A stretch of 64,000 bases of DNA from the NCBI GenBank assembly GCA_950097015.1, contig CATNEN010000030.1, positions 1,984,001 through 2,048,000 of the forward strand, in the 5' to 3' direction. The first letter of the stretch is position 1, and every line of letters starts with the position of its first letter. Below, piece after piece: positions 12,641-26,700 of this stretch. The notes under the pieces are model-generated. The model was given only the letters and a program-made list of their open reading frames with translations. It made no database searches and was not told the origin of the DNA. Origin of the DNA: Macrostomum hystrix. Lineage: Eukaryota; Animalia; Platyhelminthes. A program made the position numbers and the translations under genes.

Positions 12641-14051
12641 CCTGCATTTACTTTTCAGCTGCACGCACAAAGCTTTAATAAATATTTCAGCAGCGGTCGG
12701 ACCAAGGAGGGCCAGTCATATTTGCAATGCGCCCTCACCTCCGACTTTCACCCACCATGGTCCACACGCCAACCCGGGTCCTGACCTCTTGCCCCGACAT
12801 ACCAAAGCAAACAGACTTCGCACAGCCAAACCAGCAGACAGACCTATAATATACGAAGCATTCGCAGACAGACAGTTGGGCATAGAAAATATCCGGAACG
12901 TTCCGGATGCACACACACACACACACACACACACACCGACCAGTATAGATTCGCTGGATAGTAGCAACTAATTGGCGCCTGTACATGGCAAAGAACTTGA
13001 AACATAAAAAATCACAGATGTGCATTACAATTTGTCGCTTAAACTTACTGAATCTTAAATATATGCAACCTCGGTGTGCAATGATAGTTTATTAATTTAT
13101 TTTTAATACTTACTGAAGTACGATAAATGTATCATTAATTTAATAAGCGAACTGAATGATTGCATGCCTGGAACCTGAAAAATCGATTAGCCTATAAAGT
13201 TATTTCTTTTACGCCTACTGTTAGTACTAGGTGTGGAGCATTGAAGTACACAGCAAAGCGGTAAGAAGGTGAACTAGGCAGGGTAGATTGGTATAGCTGA
13301 GTAAAAAGGCTGAAATTATTAAATTCTCTTTGTCAATGCTCACAGCTTAATGGTACTAAGAGTAGTCAGTTGACTGCACGCTTATATAAATTATAATCCG
13401 ATCATTTTAGCAAGTTGAGCTGGGATAAAATATTGCGATCGATTCACCACAAAAAATTTACTTGCAAAAACTTTCGAACAAGGCAAAGGTCAGTGCTGGT
13501 AACCACGGAACCAGTAGACACAAGAAGACGAAAAAATCAATAAATTCAATCATATCTATAAGTAAAAGACTGATCCAAATTGGCATGCAGTTATAAATCA
13601 AAGAATACATTTTAACAAAATCGATTAAAGAAGGCAATTCACTAAGGGCTATAATCATGAGCGTCAATAATATAGGTAACTAAGAATTAACAGCAAAGTC
13701 AAATGAGTACACCAGGACACACGAGTACGCATGCTCTCACAGGTAATTTAAAAGAAAAGAGGACTAACCAGGACTAACCAGGTTGTCTTTCTGGATACTA
13801 ATTATTCGTTCCGATGTGATAAAATCAACAGGCAAAGTCGCAAGCAATTACGGGCTATGGGTGTAAACAACAGTCAACTATTATAATTTTACTAACTTAA
13901 GATGCGAAAACCAACAACAATATCTGCGATATTTCTCTTTAATATAGAGCCTACACGCAGATATTAGCGTTAGTTGCTTACTAGATGGTTGTCATTTGTC
14001 ATTGCCAATATTAATAGAAAGAACATTTAATGCTACCATTGAAACTGGAGG

Positions 14052-14454
14052 TCACTGGTAGCCCGGCTTGCGCCAGGCAGCCCCTCCAGCCTGCTGATGA
14101 AATGAAGACGCCGGGGCACCTGAGGCCATTGCGCCAGGCGGTGGTGGCGGTTGCTGCGGCATCTGCTGAGTGCGGCTATAAGGATTGTAAGCCTGCGGCG
14201 GCGGCTGCTGCTGCTGCTGTATGTGCGGCATAGGCGGCGGCGTCGGTGCAGGACTATAGCCAGCAGCGGCGCTCACAGAATTGGAATTCGCCACAGCCGG
14301 GGGCGGAGGCGGCGGCACAGCGCCGTAGGGGGCGCTACTAGTCTGGGGAGCGTAATCGCGGCCTGATACGCCCGGAGGGCCCTGCGGCTGCGGATAGCCA
14401 GTTGGGCCGTACGGCATGTGATAAGCCTGCTGCTGCGATGGCTGTGACTGCGGA

Positions 14455-14511
<57 letters not shown>

Positions 14512-15188
14512 ATAGGTGGCGGGGTTGGAGCATACTGATGCTGCTGCTGCTGTTGTGGCTGTTGTTGTGACTGCGGCGGTGGAGTCGGGACTCCAGGCAG
14601 ATGCTGCTGCTGTTGCTGCTCATGACTAGCAGCCGGGGCAGTCAAAGGATCGAACTCGCGACTGCTACTGCTAGCAGCTGCAGGGCTGGGCTGCTGCTTC
14701 TGCTGCTGCTGGCGAAATTGATCGACGCCTCCGGGCGCTATTCCCGCTACTGGTGCAGCCGCCGCAACCGCTGACGAACCTGTGGCCCCAGTCGCCTCTT
14801 CACCGCCGGCCAATTGCAGCCGATCCAGCACCCGGGTGACGCTGTCGCGGACTGTGCGCAGCTCGTCAAGCACGGCGGCGTCAGCGCGAACCCGGGACTG
14901 CTCTGCGTCGCGCTTGGGAAAACAGAGGCGAAGACGAAGCACCCGGCTGGAGCAGTTGATGGCGAAGCTCAAGTCGGAGTCGTCGGCGATTGTGACAAGG
15001 TCGCCATCCTCGTCTGTGTACTTAATTACGAGGTCGTCAATGCTGCTGGAGAGGCAGTCGCTAGCGCGGAATACGCGTTGCATCATGAGCAGCAGCTCGT
15101 CATATGTGATCTCCTCATTGTGAATAGGAATGCGGCGAATATCTTCACCTAGTTGTACTTTAATAACCAGCTTGCCAGATAGATCCAT
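14052..15188 (-). CDS. TFG: Protein TFG (TRK-fused gene homologue; PB1 domain, coiled coil, P/Q-rich tail)
   Basis: N-terminus [40 protein letters not shown]...[12 protein letters not shown] closely matches the TFG PB1 domain as I recall it; C-terminal YNPYSR-like motif; single uninterrupted 378-aa ORF. Confidence 0.95.
14457..14510 (-). repeat. Pure (CAG)18 polyQ tract within TFG
   Basis: Uninterrupted (CTG)18 on the plus strand. Confidence 0.95.
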
Positions 15189-18100
15189 TGTGGGACTGAA
15201 ACTGCAAAAACTGGATAGCTATAGGATGAACAGTAGAAGAACAGTTTGTTCCTACTTTTAGATTTTAGCATTTTAGTGCATGTCATGGCACTAAAGTTTT
15301 ATTTTAAAACTTGCAACATGGCTGTAATCTAGACTAGAGAGGACAATGATTGAATAAACAATCTGATAAACACACAAATTTATATTGATTTATTTTAATT
15401 TAGGCTATACAACTGGTCATTACAAAAAAGTTTTAACTTTTAGAATGTTCTAATTTACAAAAAGGCAGTGCAATGCTTTTTGCCATCGGTACTGTGATAA
15501 AAAAAATTTATAGACTTATTGATACTGTACAGTGGCAATAAGGCCCACTTATCAACATAGAAGACAGACAGTTTGAAAACATGTCCTTTATTGAAGTGTA
15601 ACTAAAACAATAGAAAAAAAGAAAACAAATTTTTCATGCAAAATATTGAAATGCACAATGTTTATTTATGTTATCAAAGGTTTGTTATCAAAGGTATTGA
15701 AAGTTTTGTGGTTATAAACTCATTTTCAAACAATGATATACTTTTTCAAATGTATTAATTATTATCTTATTGCCACAGCATGAATCTAGAAGATGTAAGA
15801 GGCTAGGAGCATATCTGTCTAGTCTTTTATGCAAATAAGCAGGCCATATTGCCATGGTATCAATGTAGAAAATACAGAAGCCAATCTGTCTAGTCTTCCA
15901 TGCTGATAAGCTGACCTTATTGTCAGAGTACCAGAGCAATAGTCTGCAAGTTATTGGCAGGGTATTCTGTAACCTAGCAATATGCACAACCTACAAAATC
16001 TGCCTAAAATAAGCTTATATTTAGGCCTACCTCAAATGTTTATATTTAGCAATAATTTTAGAGGATATAAATTATAATAGATCTTTTTTTTAATTTTAGA
16101 TTTTTTAATTTAATCTTTGCAAGAATCTTCAGCAAATTGGCACTACTATTATTGATATTTTAGGGTAATGTATCATCAACCAAACAAGAATGTGTATTTT
16201 TTTAACTTCAAACTTAAGCTACAGATTTTCTATTTAAGATATGATGATAAACCAAAAGCCAAGTTATAGAAAACAGTTACATCTTTCTAAAAAGTATCTG
16301 CTTTTGCTATTTTGTCAAATAGAAAAAAATTTATTCCTGCTTTTTATCTAAAACCGAACAATGATTTTCATGTATCTTCAAACCAAACAGAGAATTTGAT
16401 GTTTGGTTTTATAATTTGAGTGAGTGGTTTAATCTTATTTTAAGGAGTGAACTATCATGAATTATGTCATTTGAAAGCATTTTTCATGTTTTATAAATAA
16501 CTACATTTATGGTCATTTAATTGGCAAGCAACCACATACAATCTTTGTCTAAAGTACATACTGAAAAAATGTTGTTAAAAAGTATGCTTTTGCAATAAAA
16601 ATTTCTACTGAAACATCAATATCTTTCTTTCCTCTTAATGCTTCATTGCACATCATGTCTCAGCTTGTAGATAATTTCTTCAACTTTCAAATTAGTTGTT
16701 CTGTGAAACACAATAGCTTGTTTCTGTCTTGCATAAGACCAAGGAAGAAGTCAAAATTCTTGTTCGGTTTTGAAGATACACTGTTCGGTTGATGATACAT
16801 TACCCTAGCAAAATTCTTCACTATAACAAGCTCAAACACAATATAGAACCCATTAGTGTGTTAATTATTTGGGTGCTTGTCAATGCATCTGCTAACAAAT
16901 GAAATTTCACTTGGGGACTCTGGCATACCAGAGGAATGTAAAAATGATTGACCTAGCTTTTTGGCAATTACCTAGGCCTAATTCTTGTCTAATGCCTAAT
17001 GTCTTAATACACAGACAAACCTGTATGTGGCAGCTTTTTTATAGAGTACAAAGGGATTTAATGTTTTCGATGATAGTAAAAACATATTTTTGTTCCTAAA
17101 AACAGTAAACTACGATGTCTCAAAAGGCTTTCGGCACAACATCATAAAAATATATACTTACAATAATCAGTACTTAGCTTGTCTAATTCCAGTCTTTCGT
17201 TTTACTTTTAGGTTACATTTAATATCTTTTTTTACTACCAATATTTCGGAACCAATTTAACAAAACACAATATGTATAAAATTAAAAAAAGCACGTAGAA
17301 AATGATGGACCTGTTTCAGAAGCTAATAGGGCCCAACGCCAATCAACCTTTTTGTTCAGGAATTATTAATACTCTCAAACCAGTACACACTTTCTTTCAG
17401 GTTAGTGGCATAATTAGATATTTGTTATAGAAAGAAAAAATATAGAATAAAATAATTTCCCATTCGAATAGTTACGAAATTAGCAAACGTAACTACAAAA
17501 ATAGAATGAAAAAAAGCCTACCAGCATAAGTGCCAGAGTGTATACGATTCATTTTCAAATAAAAATTATGATAATTCATGGCAAAACCGAAATGATGCTA
17601 AATGTATTGTCGGCTTTTCATGTGATTACACCACAATTTTATTAAGCATTTACTTTCCGAACCATATTTACTTCATACTGGCTTTATACTAAAGCTCCAT
17701 GTGTACTTAAAGGATTGGATAGTTGTTTAAACCGATCGCGGCAGAAATGGACAATCTACAACGAAAACCGCTTTTTTGAAACGAAATATAACTTCTGCCA
17801 CAGGTTAATCGTTGTATGTTTCCTATATACTAGAACATCTATTTATGAACGTTCTAAGTAAAGACCTATATTTTTTTTCTAAAGTGACTATTTGCTTTGC
17901 GTTATCTTCTTTTACTTTTGAGAAACATCTATAAGAGTCATACCATATATATTTTATTTTTCTGTCATTTTAGTTAACTTAATTTTACATCCTTTTTTTT
18001 AGGTTTATGCATAAAAACTTAGGGGCCTAATAAATAAAAATACTGAGTATGAAATAAATGTCTGTTTATTTTACAAGTCAATATTCACATTTACTTTTTT

Positions 18101-18380
18101 ATATTTATTCCCAGATTAGCTTAAAATCTTGAATTCAAGTTATTCAAGTAATATATAAATTATAAATATATTTTAACTTCTATGGCTATTATTTGTATTT
18201 TATCAATTATATATGATTTTATATTCATTTATGAAGCTATATTTTATAAATTAGCAAAATACTAGCACTGTATGCATGGTCAATGTTTTAAATGTATTTA
18301 ATATGAAGTATAGCTATAGGCTTGGGCATACCTAGTCACCTAGTATTCTAGAGGTTAGTGATTTGCCAATTTGTTTTTTA

Positions 18381-19506
18381 GGCAATAGTGCACTTTCATT
18401 TGCAAAATAATTTTTCGTTTAAATTTTAAACTTTGAAAGCAGAAAACAATAACAACAACAAAAATTGATGCTTTGAACAGTTCTAACAATTCTCACCTAA
18501 AGGGATACAGTATAGGCAGTGCTTATCCCCACGGTACCGTGGGAATAATTTCCTGCTTATCCGCACGGCACACTGACGAGATAGCTGTCCTATCTTTAAC
18601 ATATTCCGTTGGCACTGTCAGACATTTTTTATGGACCTATTTTAACTTGGCCTAGAATAAAGTAATAGACTGGATTATAGACTTAGAAGGCTTGAGCTAT
18701 AAGATTAGAAAAATACACACTTCAGTTGTATTCTTTTGAATATATAAATATTAGAAATATCTATTTTATATACTTAAAAAAGCCACCATATTGGGTAACT
18801 TCTTGCGAAAAAAGCAGAAAACTTTAATTTGTTTACTTGCTTTTAAAAACCGGAAGAAAAAAAGGAAAATTGCAGTCATGATAAAAAGATAGATGATAGG
18901 ACAGCTATCTCGTCAGTGTGCCGTGCGGATAAGCAGGAAATTATTCCCACGGAATATGTTGAAGATAGGACAGCTATCTCGTCAGTGTGCCGTGCGGATA
19001 AGCAGGAAATTATTCCCACGGAATATGTTGAAGATAGGACAGCTATCTCGTCAGTGTGCCGTGCGGATAAGCAGGAAATTATTCCCACGGAATATGTTGA
19101 AGATAGGACAGCTATCTCGTCAGTGTGCCGTGCGGATAAGCAGGAAATTATTCCCACGGTACCGTAGGAATAAGACAAAAATTATTTCTACGGTACCGTG
19201 GGGATAAGCACTGCCTACAGTATAAGCCCCCTTAATTGAGCCCCTTTTTGATTTTTTTAAAACAAGTTTTTCCACAGACAACTTGCGTTTGCAAGTAGCA
19301 TTCAAGCTTGCACAAAAAAGGCATGGCACAGATTTAATTAAAAAATAATAATAGAGCACGCTAAAGGATTTGAACCATAGACTAAGACTAAAGCATATAT
19401 TAGCATATATTCTGGTTTATTCGTATAATGTTAAGCGTATATTCTGGTTTCAAACCTTCAAATTTAAACTGAAAAATAATTTCCTGAACAAAAGTGCACT
19501 ATTGCC
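18381..19506. mobile_element. Older TIR element (MITE) hosting the Foldback-like insertion
   Basis: About 70-bp imperfect inverted repeats beginning GGCAATAGTGCACTTT; flanks gtttttta / atttttta (8 bp, one mismatch). Confidence 0.6.
18515..19215. mobile_element. Mutator/Foldback-like non-autonomous element, 701 bp
   Basis: TIRs starting GGCAGTGCTTATCCCCACGGTACCGT; perfect 9-bp TSD tacagtata (18506-18514 and 19216-19224); one 69-bp unit in the left arm and about four inverted tandem copies in the right arm. Confidence 0.85.
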
Positions 19507-20079
19507 ATTTTTTATTACATATTTCTAATAATAGGGCCTAGACAGTTCAAAATATAATCAAACAGAAACATGTAAATCAAAGAAACATTTCTAGCAATAA
19601 GTTGGCAATTGTTGTTTCTAGATTGATACTTTCTATGAAGCTTTAAATATGCTTTTATTATTCTAATTATAATAAACAATTGTATCACTCTTGATTCAAT
19701 CAGTATTTCTCTAGAGTCTAGTTTTTATTTTTGTAACAATTCCTGCTTTCTTTCTGGTTTAATTTAAAAGCAATTGTTATCTTATTTACAAAGGTAAAGT
19801 ATGCATTGAGATAAAGATTAAATACTAAATAGCATTATTTTAAATATATTTGAATACAACATATCCTATATATGCACATTTGAAAGAAATATTGTAGCAA
19901 ACAGATCACAGATTCAATGATTTGCAAATTATTACTTGTGCAATAAAACATTTTGGACCATACAATTGTCAAAGGTTCACTTGTGTATTTTGTGAAGTAC
20001 AACAATGCAAGAATTTAAATGCTATGTAATTAGACTAAGCCTATTTGAATTTAAATTATTATTTTTTAACTAGGCCGTT

Positions 20080-20360
20080 CATACATGCGCAACCTCCCAA
20101 ATCTTAGCCGGCCTTGCGACTTAGTTTTTGCTCTCATTTGCGACTTAGTTCGTTTCATTGCTCTATTTACGACTTAGTTTGCTCTCATTTGCTCTCTTTT
20201 TCTCTCCCCTTTTTCCTTTTCTTCACGCCTTCCTTTTTTGTCCCTTGGTCCCCCCTTTGATTTTTTGGCGCTTGGTCGATTGGTTTTTGCGACTTACCTT
20301 GCTTGGCCCTCGTTTCACCCGGCCGGTTCGGCCGGGTCGGCCGGGTGTTGCGCATGTATG
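20080..20360. mobile_element. hAT-like MITE, copy 1
   Basis: 14-bp TIR CATACATGCGCAAC; 8-bp TSD aggccgtt/aggctgtt; near-identical to 21620-21883. Confidence 0.88.
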
Positions 20361-21619
20361 AGGCTGTTGCAATTTCGCCCTAACAACTAATGCTTACATT
20401 ATCAATCATTGCAATTATATGTATAGATACTTTATTTTGATTCTATATATTTACTTTTAATCGCCTGTGGGCTTGTAACATCTCTATAAACAGATAATAC
20501 AAAAATTATCAGAAAAAATATATGCTACAAATCACAATTTACTTAATAATGGATCTTTGCAAGCAAAAAAGAATTGATGCCTTTTTAGTTTTCTTTTTAA
20601 TTAGATTTTTAGTTCCTTCTATAGACAAGATAAGGATAGTTACATAAAATTCACCATAGTCTACAGAAAAAACTTGCCTGTATATTAGAATAAGACTGAT
20701 AAAACATTCTCTATGCCAAAATTTCTTTCATAGTGTAAAACATAATGTTATCATTTGCTAGCAGAAAACATATTCATCCTTCACCAAGAATGTAACAATG
20801 TATTGGCAAAAATCTATAGGATTCACTTAAATGGTCATTGGGGACATAGTTTCCTAATAAAAAAATTGTGGTATTAAGACAACTGGAATCCTAGAGTGAT
20901 TATCCCATTATCACCAAAAAGTGCATTTAAATAACAGTTTAGTTTACAGATAGTGACTGTTGGTAGATTGCATAGCTGCTAGCAGCTTGTTAGCAAACTA
21001 AGGGTGCTTGTTGATTAACCTTATATTGCTTCCAGTGGAGAAGACAATTTTTGTGCATCAACTCATTGCACTGCTGACTTAATAAACCAAGGCCAGTTTT
21101 CCCTTGGTTCTGCAAGATTGTTTGATATAATAGAATATCATATGAATTCTTGGAGTGACAGCAACATCAATGTCTGCAAGACATCTGAAAAATTATTTAA
21201 GCTTAAGCTTATGTACAGCTTAAGTGCAGTTCATTTCCAAAGCATGTGTCCATAATTATGTTCAATGCCCATTGTGCAGCAACAAATAGCAGTGCTGCTA
21301 GTGGGCACATTAAGGCAAGGAAGTCCATGCATTGAAGTAGCCTATGGCTTGTATGCTTCTACATGCTTCTCTAGCTTCTACCATGATGCTGATCATACCA
21401 AACATTGCACACTGTAAACCAGGCACCACTTTCAGGCCACACATGCTGAAATCCTTTATAGATTAGCTACTACCTTGCACCTGTCAACAGGTATAGCTCA
21501 GGTAGCAGAATTAAATTTAGTACATGAGCTTTACCACCACATGAGATGCTGACATTTGCCAAGCAAATCTGTAGGCAATAACTCAACCACAAGCACTCAT
21601 TTTTTGGTTTTCCCATCTG

Positions 21620-21883
21620 CATACATGCGCAACCTCCCAAATCTTAGCTGGCCATGCGACTTAGTTTTTGCTCTCATTTGTGACTTAGTTCGTTTCATTG
21701 CTCTATTTATGACTTAGTTTGCTCTCATTTGCTCTCTTTTTCTCTCCCCTTTTTCCTTTTCTTCACGCCTTCCTTTTTTGTCCCTTGGTCCCCCCTTTGA
21801 TTTTTTTGCGCTTGGTCGATTGGTTTTTGCGACTTACCTTGCTTGGCCCTCATTTCACCCTGGCCGGGTGTTGCGCATGTATG
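21620..21883. mobile_element. hAT-like MITE, copy 2
   Basis: Same 14-bp TIR; perfect 8-bp TSD cccatctg. Confidence 0.9.
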
Positions 21884-23761
21884 CCCATCTGTTGGCATTG
21901 TTTCACATTGCCTAGGATTGCCACATGATGCACATCAGAGTTGCAGAATGGCAAATTATCTTCTTTCTTCTTGGTGGTGTGCTAAATCAGATTGAAAGTC
22001 AATAGTGAAACCTTGAGAAAGCTGTCTCCACAACTGATTCCAATTCTAAGTGGAATTCTAAGAAAATGTTTTAAGATCAAGTGCCCCAGCAGATTTACAA
22101 CATTGCTACACACTACAGCCAATTGCTGAGCAGAAACAGTTTTCCCTTGTATTCTCAGATAAAAAGTAGCTGCTTCATTTTAAATAGTTCATAAGTGATA
22201 ATATTGTGCAAAACACTGTGTGCACACTAATAGTCAGATACATTGTCCATAATAATTATCTGCATCTGGACAAGCACTATACTTTTTGAGTACATTGTGG
22301 CAAATAAATGTGTTATAGTAGCATATCAGCTCAGCTAAATGACTTAATACACTTACATATTGAAATAAGTTACAAAACCCACAGAGGCAAAAAAGTAGCC
22401 TAAATGCCTGACATGCAAGACAAAAGTATGAAAAAGTGGTGCACAACACAAAAATACAACACAAATTATAGCTAAACTTGCGAAAATGACATAACAACAT
22501 AAAATGACCAGGAAAAAAAATTAAATAATATGACACAATACCAGAAAATAAAATAATGCAATGGGCAGCCATCCATGATTTGTCATCTTTTTTCAATAGG
22601 GATAACCTAAGCTAAAAAATGGATTGCTTAATTGCACATGTTGATACAACTTGCTGATTTGAAATATAACATAAGCTAATTAGCTGAAGGTTTTGCACTA
22701 GCACCACCCAATAAAATAGGCAAATCATATTGTATTTGGTATGAAAGTTACTTTTTGGCATGGAGAATGTGTTAGTATTATTTTATAATAATATACAAAC
22801 AAAGTTTATGAAAACAGACAAAGTATATTTGAGCCAATAATCCAAGCAGATAAGACATTTTTCTATCCCGTTCATAGTAAAGACTAGAATTTTTGTGAAA
22901 AAAGTTATAATTTAGAAGTTTTCATTTTTGCTTGCAAATAATCAATAATAAGTGCATAGCCATTTGTAGCATATATATTCTAGTGATTTTTTCACTAATG
23001 GAGGCACTGTAGGCTGTTAGGTAACTTGGGTATTGGGGCAGTAAAATAGTGATCTGTTGTAGTGTTTATGGAAGCCCATGACCAAGACTACCACAGCCAC
23101 AGCTCTGAATGGCTCAGGGATAAGAAGACATCATATTTCCTCCTTTCTGTGTAGAAATTATTGGAGTAGCTACCTGCCCTGTCATTCTACAATGGGGAGA
23201 ACTCACAGGGTACTCAATGGTAGACAGGATCATCACCTGTTTTTTTGTGTATTTGTGTAATGATTGTCACACAAAAATTAAGTGGAAAAAATTGTGTCTG
23301 CATTAAATAGCATAAATCCCTAAATTGATCGTTGCTTCATGGCAAAATGGCAAAATAAGAAAAGCTAAAAATATAATACAGCCAATTCCAAAATAGAAAT
23401 TACACCTATGGCATATATATTACATTAATTTTGAGTTACGTAAAATTAAAATACTAGAAATACTGCGACAACATCAAACGAAAAAAATTAATTTCAAATA
23501 TGATGTTAAGATAGAAGAGCTTTCATAAAGATGCTTTTATAATTTACCTTACACTTGCTGTTAGTTTATGTGTGTTTCTGGTCTTTTGCTAATACTTGTT
23601 CAAGTTTAACTCTAATCTACATATATTTGCGTTTACCTAAAATGCAAGTTTAACAGCCCGTAAGCATTTATGACAAATAAATAACTTCAGACAACATATT
23701 GAAATTCAAGCAACGTAAGCAAGTCAAAGTGCAAACAGGCCAAGGTTCAACGGACACTAGA

Positions 23762-26700
23762 ATGGAGCCGGATTTTAACTTTACTCCGCCCCCATTGGCC
23801 CCTATATTTGAGCCGACAGAAGAGGAGTTTGGAAACTTCTATGAATATTTGCGCGACATCTACCCGACTGTGGTGAAAACCGGCGTCTGCAAGATCCGGC
23901 CGCCGAAAGGCTGGAAGCCGCCATTCTGTATCGATATTGATACTTTTAAATTCACGCCGCGCATCCAGCGATTAAATGAATTAGAGGCCACATCCCGGGT
24001 GAAGCTGAACTTTCTAGATCAGCTGGCGCGTTTTTGGGAGTTGCAGGGTGCCAGGCTGCGAGTGCCCTGCATTGACAAGCGACACATCGATCTTCAGCGG
24101 CTGAGCCAGGCTGTGCAGCGGCTCGGCGGCTACGATTCCGTGTGCTCTGGCAAACGCTGGCCGCTGGTTTGTTTTTTGTCGATTTTTGTAGAACGAGAGG
24201 GGCAGTTCCCGACTGCATGTCAAGGACAGGTGGACTGGGGGTTGAGCACAATGATCTGCAATCCAGCCACCATAGTAGCAGTTAGGGTCACAGTTTGGCC
24301 TTGGCCAATGCGCAGTCGTTCATTGGGCTGGTGCAGGAAGACCAGCGCCTGCGGGTTCTGGTTGCTGCGGTCGTGGCTCTGCAGACAATGGCCCAGCAGG
24401 AGGATCGTACAGAGACGCATCTTCATGTCGTCACGACCCGAAGAATTGAAGGCATTCCTGACTCCAGATGCGCTGCAAACCAGGCCTGAGTCCTGTCGCA
24501 AACGATAGCTGGGGCAGGGGCAGAGCTAGACTAAGGGTACACAGTTCCACTGGCACTTGTATTTAACTAGAGGCCGCTAAGCAGACAATAACACATAATA
24601 AGCATTAGATCTGATGTACATTATAAAAATCTCTTGCTCGTTCAAAACCTGCAGGTGGCCGAAATGACCGGCTATCCGCCAACTATCAAATGCGCGCCAG
24701 CTCAGCTGCGTCAACACTATGAACGCATTGTGCGACCATTCGATATATTTAAAGCTGGCGCTTCTACTGATGTTGGCCTACTTCGCGCCAAGAGCATCGA
24801 ACGACAGCAAGCGTCCAACGCTGGCAACGCAGGAGGCGGCCCGCCAACCCGACGCTACGGCGCCCGCGGCGGCCTAGTTCGCCAACCGTCCGCTTCGTCA
24901 ACTGGCGCGCCGTGTAACGACGACAGCGCCAGCAATGATGGCATCGGCATTGATTATAATCGCAGCAAGGAGCTTCGCCGTCTGCAGTATTTTGGTCCCG
25001 GACCGAAGGCCGCTGTGCCGCAGGCCGCCCTCCCAACAGATCAGCAGCAGCAGCAGCCAGTGGTGGAGCCGACCCGCATGGAGGTGAAAGTAAAGCGCGA
25101 GGGCACAGCCGGTTGGCTAGACTCCCTTCTCTGTCGTGTCTGCGGTACCTCTACGCAAGAGGAGCTGCTGTTAATCTGCGAGTCCTGCCAGGCCCCGTTT
25201 CACACATTCTGTTTGTTTCCCCAGCTGCCTGACGTGCCCAAAGGTGAATGGCGCTGTCCTGGCTGCGTAGCGAAATCGTTCGATCGGCCGGCCGCCGAGT
25301 ATGGCTTTGAACAGTCGCGCAAACAGTACACACTGGCTGAATTTGGTGCCATGGCTGACCAGTTCAAAGCGGGACACTTTCATAAGTAAGCAAATGATAC
25401 TGTCCTGTGTGACTAAACTTTAGTTGTAGCCTAGTGGCTTGAGCGTGGGACTCACGACTTAAAGGTCAAGGGTTCGATTCCCGACTCTACTTGAACAATG
25501 TGTATCCACTTGAAGCAAGACACTTCAATTCTGAATTCCGCCAGTTCACCCAGCTTTTAAATATGTACCAGCATTAAATAGGGTAATTGAGGGTGGTTGT
25601 GGCGTCCCACCAGTCCATGGACTGAACAGCTGTACGCAGCCTTCACATGCGCCGCGCAATATCTGACGGCTGCACATCTGGTTAAATTGGGGGCAGTCGT
25701 AATCAGTTAATCAATTTTTATCAATTAGATACGATTGTGATCCCACTACTCATACCTCCAATCCCCACTCGATCAGATCGCTGCACTGCATCACCTATCC
25801 GGAGGTTGAGCGCGAATTCTGGCGCTTACTTCAAGCCCTAAACGAGCCAGTGTCTGTTGAATATGGCGCCGACTTGCACTCCAGCTCCGCCGGCAGCGGC
25901 TTCCCAACCGCCGGTCGTCGGCCTAGAATATTTGAATCGCGCGAAGAGGCTGCTAGATGGGACGCCTACCTGGCCGACGAATGGAATCTGAACAATTTGC
26001 CGTTGAATGAGCAGGGCTACTTGCGTTTCCTTCAGCAGGACATCAATGGCATGGTCATACCCTGGTGCTACGTTGGCATGGTGTTCTCCGCATTCTGCTG
26101 GCACATTGAGGACCACTGGTCCTACTCCATCAACTACCTGCATTGGGGCGAACCCAAAACATGGTACGGCGTGCCAGCTAGCGGACGCCGAAGCTCTCGA
26201 ACGAGCGATGCGCGCCGAGGCTGGCGAATTATTTGACGCATCACCCGACCTGCTGCATCATATCACCACCATTATGAATCCGAATCAACTCATGGCGGCT
26301 GGCGTCAACGTCTACCGCATCGATCAGGAAGCTGGCGATTTTGTCATCACCTGTCCGCGCGCCTATCACGCCGGCTTTAATCAGGGCTTCAATTTTGCCG
26401 AGGCTGTGAACTTCTGCCCATCCGATTGGCTGCCTATCGGCCGGCAGTGCATAGACAATTACGCCAGCATTGGTCGGCACTGCGTGTTCAGCCACGAAGA
26501 GCTAGTTTGCGCTGCGGCTATGTCGGCCGTGCAGAAACCAGCCTGCATCAAGGAGAGTCAGGTTAGTTTTCTCCTGCATTTTCATTGCTCATTACCGACA
26601 ATGGTCAGAGCAGCATGACCAGGCGTGGAGATCTGGGTAGGTGTGGATATGCCACTGGCTGTAGTTATCTTGACTATCTGGGTCAGGTTAAAAACTATGA

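Noticed and set aside
20700-22600. Decayed DNA transposase (KWNS-like word near 22050)
   Set aside because: Only short chance-level motifs and no sustained frame.
15200-23700. Short ORFs in the TFG-KDM5 spacer
   Set aside because: AT-rich, low-complexity or TE-derived, with no recognisable domains.
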